Below, in pieces: positions 29,277 through 37,009 of a stretch of 54,227 nt of DNA; the stretch's first letter is position 1; each line of letters begins with the position of its first letter. The translations under genes and the position numbers were made by a program. Under the pieces are notes generated by a model, which saw nothing but the letters and a program-made list of their open reading frames with translations, was not told the DNA's origin and did no database searches. The stretch comes from a virus (Duplodnaviria; Caudoviricetes), in IMG/VR virus record IMGVR_UViG_3300030118_005216, positions 1 through 54,227 of that record; one strand, 5' to 3'.

Positions 29277-30188
29277 CTATACGTGAGTCATTTTAAGCCA
29301 AGAGGGATGCTGCTCTTTGTACTGCATTAGTATCTTTCTCCCGCCAATCACTCGCTCGCCACCGAGTTTATTTTCTTTGAGCCATAATAGCTTTGATTCT
29401 ATTGTAGGCCAAACTGCGCCTTCTTTATATAGTGTGCGATTAATTTTTGTGAGCCTTGCACCGCTTTTTAGTTGGCCCTCTATGTAAGGATGCTCAATTA
29501 ATTTTTTGAGCGCAGCCTTGTCAGCATACGAACTGCCGCCATTAACACCCCCAGCACGCTTCATTGGTTTGCCTTCTATGAGCGCAAGTGCTACACGAGA
29601 GACGTGCCGCGACGAACACGCGGGGCGAAGGTCGCATCCCAACGCCCAAACAGCGAATCGTTTTTTAGTCATCGCGTGCCGAATGAAATTAGCGATCATG
29701 GCATGTAAGCCCTCTGATACCAGAGCCTGACTCCCGCCCATAAGAGCCATTATAGAAGGTTCGCTCAGCCCAGATAGCCACCAATAGGTTACCGACATTT
29801 CCAATCGGTTAGCGCCTTTCGCCAGTTGCCAGAAACCCCGATTCGGTTCTATGAGCATTGCGCACGCTGCCTCATACGGCGTCGGCGGCTCCCTTAAGCC
29901 CCACGCCAGCTTTACTTTTTCTGGCCATTTTTTTGGGGCAACCAAAAATCCATCGTGAAATACTCCGTGACAGAAGTTTCGGTCTTGCCAAACTACCCAC
30001 CGGATTCCTTCCAGAGTTTTTCTGAACGCAGAATTACTGCACATCGTCCATTTCTTCTCTCTTTCTATCAACGGAGTGTAGTATCCGTTGGCTAATGCCC
30101 AGTGGTAGAGAGTCGTATTTGACTTTGCGAATTGTTTAGTCGGTATTTTTGGCGACCTATAAAGGAGCGCCATCCAAGGGTCTTGCAT
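29277..30188 (-). CDS. Hypothetical protein heading the late arm, possible transcription factor
   Basis: 303 aa; segment YWWLSGLSEPSIMALMGGSQALVSEGL resembles a sigma region-4-type HTH; has its own promoter. Confidence 0.5.
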   Translation of the reverse strand: MQDPWMALLYRSPKIPTKQFAKSNTTLYHWALANGYYTPLIEREKKWTMCSNSAFRKTLEGIRWVVWQDRNFCHGVFHDGFLVAPKKWPEKVKLAWGLREPPTPYEAACAMLIEPNRGFWQLAKGANRLEMSVTYWWLSGLSEPSIMALMGGSQALVSEGLHAMIANFIRHAMTKKRFAVWALGCDLRPACSSRHVSRVALALIEGKPMKRAGGVNGGSSYADKAALKKLIEHPYIEGQLKSGARLTKINRTLYKEGAVWPTIESKLLWLKENKLGGERVIGGRKILMQYKEQHPSWLKMTHV

Positions 30189-30194
30189 TAGTAC

Positions 30195-30223
30195 ATATTA
30201 GTCAGAAGAAATCTTCTGTGCAA
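30195..30223 (-). promoter_or_regulatory. Sigma70-like promoter TTGCAC-17-TAATAT with a palindrome in the spacer
   Basis: The minus strand reads TTGCAC agaagatttcttctgac TAATAT; inverted repeat CAGAAGA-AA-TCTTCTG at 30203-30218; ATG 7 nt after the -10. Confidence 0.65.
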
Positions 30224-30591
30224 CATAGGCGGGTCCCTATTGGGACGGTCATATATACAATTCTGCCGAGAAAAATGGCGTTGGGTATACGTGTCAGAGA
30301 GGAGTCCCAAGAAAAAATGGCAAGCGCGGCGGAGGGGGGATGGTTCGCGCGCATGCGAAATATTAAGGACGCGCGACGCGCCCGCGCGGTTCCTTTTCTT
30401 CTTCGGGAAGCGGTCCGGATTTTCTGGGCCGTGCGCGTGCATCGTTTTCTGGCGAATAGACCCCAAAGCGCGGCGAGAAATACCCTGAAAAGCGCAAGCC
30501 ATATCGCATCTGATACCAGCTTGATGAAAATAATTTCAGGAAAAAAACGCTGTACGTAGAGCCTGCGCTGAATTATTTTCGCTTTGACCCC

Positions 30592-30619
30592 TTGTTTTCT
30601 GACACCACTGCCATAACTT
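30592..30619 (+). promoter_or_regulatory. Candidate early promoter TTGTTT-16-TAACTT with a GACACC site in the spacer
   Basis: Directly precedes the structured leader; weak match to consensus. Confidence 0.4.
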
Positions 30620-30620
30620 G

Positions 30621-30820
30621 GTGGGGCGAGACGGGAACAACCAAGGAGGTTCCAACCCACATCGACTCTACCCGTCAAGAGTCCTGACCTGAGAGTCCGA
30701 GCACCTGAGGCGACGCCCGCAGCTACGATGCCGCGTCGATGAAACTCAGAGACCATCTTCGGGTGGTGTGTTGAATGAGTGGCCGGGGCGCGGTGTCCCG
30801 GCGCTCTCAAACACACCAAC
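30621..30820 (+). ncRNA. Highly structured 5' leader or ncRNA of unknown family
   Basis: Helices GTGGG/CCCAC, GGAAC/GTTCC, GACTCT/AGAGTC, CTGAG/CTCAG, CGACGC/GCGTCG, a C(UUCG)G hairpin and a long terminal hairpin; G-U pairs favour the plus strand. Confidence 0.55.
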
Positions 30821-30836
30821 CACAGGATGGTGAAGC

Positions 30837-31310
30837 ATGGCGAAAATCGCAATGCAAAACGACGGAAGCAAAGCACAAACCCTTACAGTTCAGGTTGTCG
30901 CTATCGACGAAACGAAGAAGGATTTCATCGTTTGTCTGATGAACGAAGCTGGGCAGATTGTTGAGGTCATGGAGGAAGACCACCCCACGGTGGCCGGTCT
31001 CCGAGTCCAGAAACGATTCAAGGGTAAGAACGTCCAGCCGGTGGCCGAGACCGAAGGCCTCGACTACTGGCCGCAAGCTGCCCTCGATGTTGACAAGCTG
31101 ACCGCAGCCTATGAAAAACAGTTGCGCGAGGCGATTCCTGCCAAGGTTGCCAAGCGGCGAGAACAGTTGAAACTCAAACAACGTGCTCGCCAACTGGCCG
31201 CGACGGAAGGAATCAGCATCGAAGACGCGGAGCAACGCATCCAAGACGCTGCCAAGAAGCAGAAGACTGGGGACGACGACAACGTGCTCGCTGAAGTCAC
31301 CGCTGAGTAA
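30837..31310 (+). CDS. Early hypothetical protein (157 aa)
   Basis: CAGGA RBS, GC-rich third codon positions, followed by a GC-rich hairpin at about 31320-31346. Confidence 0.75.
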   Translation: MAKIAMQNDGSKAQTLTVQVVAIDETKKDFIVCLMNEAGQIVEVMEEDHPTVAGLRVQKRFKGKNVQPVAETEGLDYWPQAALDVDKLTAAYEKQLREAIPAKVAKRREQLKLKQRARQLAATEGISIEDAEQRIQDAAKKQKTGDDDNVLAEVTAE

Positions 31311-31376
31311 TCAGCACCCGGGGGGCCCGCATGGGGCGGGCTCCCCACCCTCCATCCCATATCAACAGGAGATATC

Positions 31377-31613
31377 ATGGGAATTGTAAACATTGAGGCT
31401 GACGTCATTGAAGGTACTGTCTTCATTGGAGTCTATTTCGACGACCAATTGGTCAAGGTTCTTGAGGACCATGACGCTGAAGAAGATGTGCTCGACCACT
31501 TGCACCTGAGGATGGAATACCTCAAGCGCGACTGGGAGACGCTGACCACGGACGAGGCAATCGAGCGCCTCTGGCCCAAGGTCAAGGGGCCACCGCCTCT
31601 GCGATTCTACTGA
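31377..31613 (+). CDS. Early small acidic protein (78 aa)
   Basis: CAACAGGAG RBS; Asp/Glu-rich. Confidence 0.75.
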   Translation: MGIVNIEADVIEGTVFIGVYFDDQLVKVLEDHDAEEDVLDHLHLRMEYLKRDWETLTTDEAIERLWPKVKGPPPLRFY

Positions 31614-31619
31614 GTCGCT

Positions 31620-31780
31620 GGTTCCACCCTTCGGGGTGGAGCCTATGACAGTCCGAGATTCGATGCTTCGCAGCGGGTTGTATCGAGGACGGTCATCGTA
31701 ATGGACTGCGGAAGTGGCAGCGCCACTGACGCTATGACCGACCCGGTTCTGGCTTAGCTTGTTTTTCTGCTGAGCCGAAT
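31620..31780 (+). ncRNA. Structured RNA with possible pseudoknots, unknown family
   Basis: 10-bp C(UUCG)G hairpin, an interrupted 16-bp hairpin whose loop is complementary to two downstream segments, and two further hairpins. Confidence 0.55.
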
Positions 31781-31789
31781 TATCTTTCA

Positions 31790-31905
31790 GGGAAAAGCCA
31801 AGCCGCGAGAAAAAGCCAAAGCCAAAGCCAGTAAAAAAAACTGAAAGCTCATGCGCTCGCAGGGAAAAGCCAAGCCTTTTTTATTTTATCCAAAAGCCAA
31901 AGCCC
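31790..31905. repeat. Cluster of AAAGCC/AAGCC short direct repeats
   Basis: GGGAAAAGCCAAGCC twice, AAAAGCCAAAGCCAAAGCCA and AAAAGCCAAAGCC. Confidence 0.8.
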
Positions 31906-32135
31906 CTGTATTTCTTATGGCTTTTTATCCACGGAAATTGGATGCTGGGTTTCTCGCGCTTTCTGTTTTATTGAGAACTAAAACCGGGGAAAGTTAGGAA
32001 CGACCCCCACCGAATAGGGCTCCTCGATATGGCAGGTTCAACCTGCATTATCGGCAGATACGTCATATGCGCCACCAATGGTATCAGACCTATTCGGGAA
32101 AACCCTAATGATTCCACACACTTACGCGATTCTCA

Positions 32136-32164
32136 TCGTTCTCTGGTTTCAGATATGGTACTAT
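32136..32164 (+). promoter_or_regulatory. Extended -10 promoter (TG-G-TACTAT) for the AAA/vWA operon
   Basis: TCGTTC-17-TACTAT, with a degenerate operator GGTTTC-A-GATATG in the spacer. Confidence 0.5.
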
Positions 32165-32254
32165 AAGGCCTGTTTCGGCAGCGGGGGAGAGGTGCATTTT
32201 CAGCGCCCCATAAAAGCGAGCCCCAAAAACTCTACAAAAAAGGACCAGAAAAAA

Positions 32255-32428
32255 ATGCTGACTTTCTACACAATCTTCAACAACGAAACAAACGAACCCT
32301 TGGAAGTTCTCTATGAAAACTTCGAAGAAGCTATGAACGCCTGCGATTCTCTTGAAATGGAAGAGGGATACGGCGACCCTAATTCTTGGTGCTGCAAATT
32401 CAGCGTCACACAATTCTCTCGGGCATAA
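32255..32428 (+). CDS. Small acidic early protein (57 aa, start re-called)
   Basis: AAGGA RBS before MLTFYTIFNNETNEPLEV. Confidence 0.6.
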   Translation: MLTFYTIFNNETNEPLEVLYENFEEAMNACDSLEMEEGYGDPNSWCCKFSVTQFSRA

Positions 32429-32480
32429 GCCCAAACAACCCCGCAGTATTCGCTGCACTTTCCCAACAGGAAAAATAATC

Positions 32481-33617
32481 ATGTCAACTAACATTCATTT
32501 CGAAACTCTTGCTTTGTCGCTTCTTGCGCAAATCGATTCCCCACTCGCACCTCCTGCCTGTCTTGTCGGTAGGGCGGGCGTCGGCAAAAACAAAGGTGGC
32601 GTAGAGCTTGCCGCAAAACTTTGTGGCTTGAATTACGTCTACATTCCCGTGCCCCGTCACGACCCAGCAGAATTCAACGGTTATCCCTACGTCTGCAATG
32701 AAACAAAGTCCATGCGTTTCTATGCTCCACACTGGGCTGTCCAAGTTGAAAAGAATGGTCCTGAGAATTTCATTCTGTTTTTCGATGAGGCTTCAGACGG
32801 TACCCGCATGACCCAAGCTGCCATGCACGGTGTTTTGACTGACGGAATTATTGGCGAGGTTTGCGTCAAGGGTGCCCCAATGGTCATGGCTATGAACCCG
32901 TCAAACATCGCGACAACTGGCGGAACTGTTAGCCATCCTTTCCGGACACGTACTTTTACCATCGAATGGGAACCAGACAAGCACGATTGGATTCGACAAA
33001 TTCGTCAAGGTTCTTGGGACGCTTCCGAGGTCAAGCAATTGCCCAAGGGTTGGACCGATACTATTCCTGCCTCTCAAGCAATGGTTGGTAATTTCTTGTC
33101 CAAGTTTCCCCAGCATGTAGAAATCTCAGAAAGAGAGCTAATGGAACGTGGCGAAGATGCTGACAAGCCAGCGCACACTCGGAGAACTTGGGAACATTTC
33201 TGGACGCTTCGCGCTGCTGCCCATGCGTCTGGTCAAACTCACCTTATGCACATGATTGCCGAAGGAACTGTTGGTGCTCCCGGTATTGAGTATCTTTCAT
33301 GGGAGAAAGATTTAGAGTTTGGTGACCCTGAACTTTGGCTCAATGCTCCACAGCATCAAACTTTCCCCGATGATGACGACCGCGTTTTTGCTGTCATCAA
33401 TGCTGTTCTCGCTTGTGTCCTTCAAAACAATACTCCCGACCGTTGGGCTAAGGGCTGGGAATTTCTTGAGTTCTGCTACGACAAGAACTTTGGTGACCTC
33501 GCTTCTCTGGGTGCAACAATGCTCGCAAAGAATCGTGGCAAAGCGAAGGGTATTCCTTCCGCCGCTAAAAAGTTCTTCCCAATGCTCAAGGCCGCTGGTC
33601 TCATGGGAGGTGAATAG
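32481..33617 (+). CDS. MoxR-like AAA+ ATPase (AAA_5)
   Basis: Walker A GRAGVGKN, Walker B ILFFDE, sensor I AMNP, Arg finger PFRTR, TRRTWE; CAACAGGA RBS before ATG 32481. Confidence 0.88.
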   Translation: MSTNIHFETLALSLLAQIDSPLAPPACLVGRAGVGKNKGGVELAAKLCGLNYVYIPVPRHDPAEFNGYPYVCNETKSMRFYAPHWAVQVEKNGPENFILFFDEASDGTRMTQAAMHGVLTDGIIGEVCVKGAPMVMAMNPSNIATTGGTVSHPFRTRTFTIEWEPDKHDWIRQIRQGSWDASEVKQLPKGWTDTIPASQAMVGNFLSKFPQHVEISERELMERGEDADKPAHTRRTWEHFWTLRAAAHASGQTHLMHMIAEGTVGAPGIEYLSWEKDLEFGDPELWLNAPQHQTFPDDDDRVFAVINAVLACVLQNNTPDRWAKGWEFLEFCYDKNFGDLASLGATMLAKNRGKAKGIPSAAKKFFPMLKAAGLMGGE

Positions 33618-34546
33618 TGCCTAAGAATTTTCAAAGACGCTATCTCCATTTGTTTCCGTTTATGGTTGACCATAACGAGAATCATTGTGGCCACCATTTT
33701 GTAGTGGATAAGAGGGCTACCGTAAGTAAGGTATTTCCAAGCAAGAAAATAGATCTCGTAAAAGAGCGTCGTTTTAATCCTTGTAAAAACTACCCACGGA
33801 CGGTCACTTCTAAATGTCGTTGCTCCGGACAACACCATGAAATTACTTATGGTTTGGACGGATCAATTATTCTTCACGCACATGACAACGTAGAAGAGCT
33901 TAGAACTATGGCCCTTTGGACTGGCGAGAAACCGCGTTGCCTTGAGATTTATGATGCTTGGATGCAGTGCACAAATTTCAAGAAGGTTGATCACCATGGA
34001 GATTACGTGCTTCAGGAGAACAGAAAAATTCTTCCTCCTGCTGCACGACAAACTCTCAACTGGCTGTATAAACGAAAAAGTTATGCAGCTTCTGGAGAGG
34101 TTTATTCTGAACAGATTCGAAAAGCGCGTTCGCGGTACACGTATCAAGTAAGAGTAGGCGTAGAGAAAAGTTTCGATATCAAAGTAAAAGAATTTCGTTA
34201 CGAGAAAGTTGTCGAGTATTTCGGTAACACTGCACTCCTCGCTTCTTTCTTAGGGCTTTATTCTCGGAGTAGGTATTCAAATACTCTGGAGAAAAATTCT
34301 TGGTTCTCTCTGGTACGCGGAAACAAACTCCACGAATTAGTTCTAATCAATGAAAACTTCTCTCAACCCGGGAAGATTCTTCACGCTACAAAACTTGATG
34401 AGAACACTATCGTTGGTGTGGTCGGGTTCGTTCAACTCGATGACAAAAGGAATGTTGTTGCTCACAAAATATTGAGCGGTCTTTTTCAACGTCATCCAAT
34501 CGGCTTCGATTCTGGATACAAATGGTGGTTAACAAAATGGCTCTAA
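33617..34546 (+). CDS. Hypothetical protein with a possible Zn site
   Basis: CRCSGQHH...HAH...PRC; overlaps both neighbouring genes. Confidence 0.6.
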   Translation: MPKNFQRRYLHLFPFMVDHNENHCGHHFVVDKRATVSKVFPSKKIDLVKERRFNPCKNYPRTVTSKCRCSGQHHEITYGLDGSIILHAHDNVEELRTMALWTGEKPRCLEIYDAWMQCTNFKKVDHHGDYVLQENRKILPPAARQTLNWLYKRKSYAASGEVYSEQIRKARSRYTYQVRVGVEKSFDIKVKEFRYEKVVEYFGNTALLASFLGLYSRSRYSNTLEKNSWFSLVRGNKLHELVLINENFSQPGKILHATKLDENTIVGVVGFVQLDDKRNVVAHKILSGLFQRHPIGFDSGYKWWLTKWL

Positions 34547-35751
34547 CAAAATTCAGGCGTATGCAATCAGAACGAATTCGGGCTCTTCATGAGTTCCCGT
34601 ACTTCGGTGCTGTTCTTTCTAAACTTTCTTTCTTTGAGTGTGACGACGTGCCCACCATGGCCATCGACAAACACGGTCGAGTTTATGTGAATGTTCCTTA
34701 TTGGGATTCAATCACATTGAAACAACGTGTTGGCGTTATGGTCCATGAATTGCAGCACGTTCTTCGCAAGCACTTCGTTCGCGGTGAGTTTTTGTCCCTC
34801 AGTCCAGAGGAACTAAACATCATCGGGGATATTGAGATCAATGACAGCGATAAAATGCGAGGGTTCTTGGATGGCTTGGATGCAATCTACCCAGAAACCT
34901 ATGGTTTTCCGCAACACCGTACTTTCGAGGAATACGCGGAACTGTGGAAAAAGAAAAAGAAAGATGATGGGGAAAATTCTTCTCAGTCTGGCAAGCCCTC
35001 AGTTGCCAATGGTCAATGCGGTTCTGCTGCTGACGGCCAGAAAAAAGACTACGAATTACCAGCGCCTTCGGACGGTGGTCCCGGTATGGATGAAACAGAC
35101 CTAACAATTGTTGCCAAGCAAGTTGCGGAGGCAATCAAGGAGGCCGCGAGAACCCGGGGAGATATTCCCGGTAATCTCATTGAATGGTCTGCCGGTGTTC
35201 TTTCTCCTCCGAAAGTAAACTGGCAATCCAAGTTGCGTAATTATTCACGAAATGCAGCAGCTTGGGTTCGGGGCAATGGAGATTATTCCTATTCTAAACT
35301 GTCTCGTTTTCCCGTTGGTGGGTCGGTCATTGTACCGGGTAGCGTTTGTCCAGTACCAGAAATTTCTCTAATGGTAGACACGTCCGGTTCTATGTCTTCC
35401 ACAGATTTAGAGAACATTCTTCCAGAGGCTCAGGCATGCCTTCGAATGTCTGCCGGTTCTTCCGGTAAAGTTTGTGTCGTTGATACCGCTGTTCATTCTC
35501 TCAAGCCTGTTACCGACGTTCGGAAAATTCCGTTCGCTGGCAGAGGTGGTACAGATTTGCGCGTAGGTTTCGAGGCCATTTCTAAACTCAGTCCCCGTCC
35601 CGATATTCTCGTCGTGTTTACCGATGGGTATACACCGTGGCCGGATTTCTCTCCTCGCGGAGTCAAAACAATTGTGGCCCTCATGGGTCGTCATTGCTCG
35701 CCTGACCGGGTTCCCGGTTGGGCAAAAACACTTGTTATTCCTTCTAAATAA
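34537..35751 (+). CDS. Zincin-like metallopeptidase fused to vWA (DUF2201-type)
   Basis: VPTMAID, HELQH (HExxH), D.EIN, VNWQSKL, MIDAS DTSGSMS, GRGGTD, VFTDGY. Confidence 0.9.
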   Translation: MALTKFRRMQSERIRALHEFPYFGAVLSKLSFFECDDVPTMAIDKHGRVYVNVPYWDSITLKQRVGVMVHELQHVLRKHFVRGEFLSLSPEELNIIGDIEINDSDKMRGFLDGLDAIYPETYGFPQHRTFEEYAELWKKKKKDDGENSSQSGKPSVANGQCGSAADGQKKDYELPAPSDGGPGMDETDLTIVAKQVAEAIKEAARTRGDIPGNLIEWSAGVLSPPKVNWQSKLRNYSRNAAAWVRGNGDYSYSKLSRFPVGGSVIVPGSVCPVPEISLMVDTSGSMSSTDLENILPEAQACLRMSAGSSGKVCVVDTAVHSLKPVTDVRKIPFAGRGGTDLRVGFEAISKLSPRPDILVVFTDGYTPWPDFSPRGVKTIVALMGRHCSPDRVPGWAKTLVIPSK

Positions 35752-35778
35752 ACTCTTTTCTCAACAGGAAAAAATATC

Positions 35779-36657
35779 ATGTCTATTTCAATCAACAAAT
35801 CTCCCGACAACAACACAGAAATTAGCGCTCTCGGGCAAATTGTGTACTGGACTCTCGGCAACAAAACGGATGCTGACTTTCTCAAGAAAGAACTGGAGAA
35901 CCAGAACATGGAAACTTTTGCTCCCGATAAAAACACAAACAAAGCTTCGCTTAAAATTGCTCTCACTTCGGTGTGCGCTAACCGTCGTCGCCTTGTTCGG
36001 CCCTTGGTTGGTGAGCGTGGTTACGCTGTCGTAACAGAGAAGAAAGATTCTAACGGCGTTAGTCTTGGTCACTCGGTAGATTTCGACGCTCTTTTGCCTG
36101 ATGGTAAAACAGAACCCGTGTTTCGCAATCCTGCTGACGGTAGCATTTTCAACCCACCGGAAGAGAATGCTATTCTTCACCGCTATCAAATCGAGCAACA
36201 AAGATGCTCATCTCACAAGTTGGGAATTGCGATGGTTAAAATGGTTGACCGTTTGCATGGCGTATCTTTGCGGCCAACTGGCGGTTTCTATTGGATCCCT
36301 GAACCAGCTATTCCGCGTTGGAATCTTCTTGCGCAATCCATTCAGGATTCTTCTCCGGACAAATCAAACGTCGTTTATTCTGTCCGGACTGCAATGGATG
36401 ACCAGCTTAGGTCTGCTGTTATCAGCGGTCTTACTCACTCCATTGAGACAGAGATAAAAGCTATGCAAGAATCTCTGGAAACTGACGACCTTGGAAAGCG
36501 TGCCCTTAAAACTAAGTCGTCGCGTTGTGGCCGTTTGCGTCAGCGCGTTGTCGGTTACCAGAAAATGTTCTCTGTGGCTTTGACTCAACTCGAAGACCAG
36601 CTTGACGAGGTAGAAACGGCGGAAGCCTTTTCTGTTCTGTCTTCTTTGGGAGCGTAG
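35779..36657 (+). CDS. AAA/vWA-associated protein (DUF3150/DUF6744-like)
   Basis: LGQIVYWTL, GVSLRPTGGFYWIP and a C-terminal coiled coil; CAACAGGA RBS. Confidence 0.55.
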   Translation: MSISINKSPDNNTEISALGQIVYWTLGNKTDADFLKKELENQNMETFAPDKNTNKASLKIALTSVCANRRRLVRPLVGERGYAVVTEKKDSNGVSLGHSVDFDALLPDGKTEPVFRNPADGSIFNPPEENAILHRYQIEQQRCSSHKLGIAMVKMVDRLHGVSLRPTGGFYWIPEPAIPRWNLLAQSIQDSSPDKSNVVYSVRTAMDDQLRSAVISGLTHSIETEIKAMQESLETDDLGKRALKTKSSRCGRLRQRVVGYQKMFSVALTQLEDQLDEVETAEAFSVLSSLGA

Positions 36658-36659
36658 TT

Positions 36660-36962
36660 ATGGGCCGGACAACAACAGAAACAGGATGGCCGAACGTAAG
36701 TTTGTTGGATTATCCTACACGTCACCTTCGGGAGCGTGCACGGGATTTACCTTCGAATGTTTTTCTTATCCATTGTAGGAAAGCTGGAGGTGTCGGTGAA
36801 TTTTCTTACCGAGAGTTTGAGATTAACGCTGAACCGGGAGAAGGTATGCTTTCGGCTTTTTATCGTCACTACGGACAAGAGTGGGAGTGCGGTGTAAGGT
36901 ACGAATGGATTCATCTCCATAAAAAACAATTGAACGCCGCGTGGAGTTACTTCACCCGGTAA
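36660..36962 (+). CDS. Hypothetical protein (100 aa)
   Basis: GGGAG RBS; last gene before the terminator. Confidence 0.6.
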   Translation: MGRTTTETGWPNVSLLDYPTRHLRERARDLPSNVFLIHCRKAGGVGEFSYREFEINAEPGEGMLSAFYRHYGQEWECGVRYEWIHLHKKQLNAAWSYFTR

Positions 36963-36980
36963 AAAAACAAATTAGTTTTT

Positions 36981-37009
36981 AGCCTCGACTTCGGTCGGGG
37001 CTTTTTTTT
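36981..37009 (+). terminator. Rho-independent terminator
   Basis: AGCCTCGAC-TTCG-GTCGGGGCT followed by a T run. Confidence 0.9.

Noticed and set aside
349-30188. Numerous plus-strand ORFs in the left arm, and minus-strand ORFs in 30.8-50.4 kb
   Set aside because: They are antisense shadows of well-supported, tightly coupled genes, with no RBS or motifs.
30684-30750. Hammerhead ribozyme (CTGA...GAAAC present)
   Set aside because: There is no CUGAnGA core (it reads CTGAGGC or CTGACCT), and no stem I can be formed.
30149-30876. ORFs 30149-30559, 30188-30502, 30202-30876 and 30240-30488
   Set aside because: These are Arg/Ala-rich translations of a GC-rich control region, overlapping promoters and RNA structure.
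31790-31905. CRISPR or other repeat-spacer array, given the Cas4-like gene
   Set aside because: The repeats are 5-15 bp and irregularly spaced, with no constant-length unique spacers; no cas1/cas2 or effector gene is visible.
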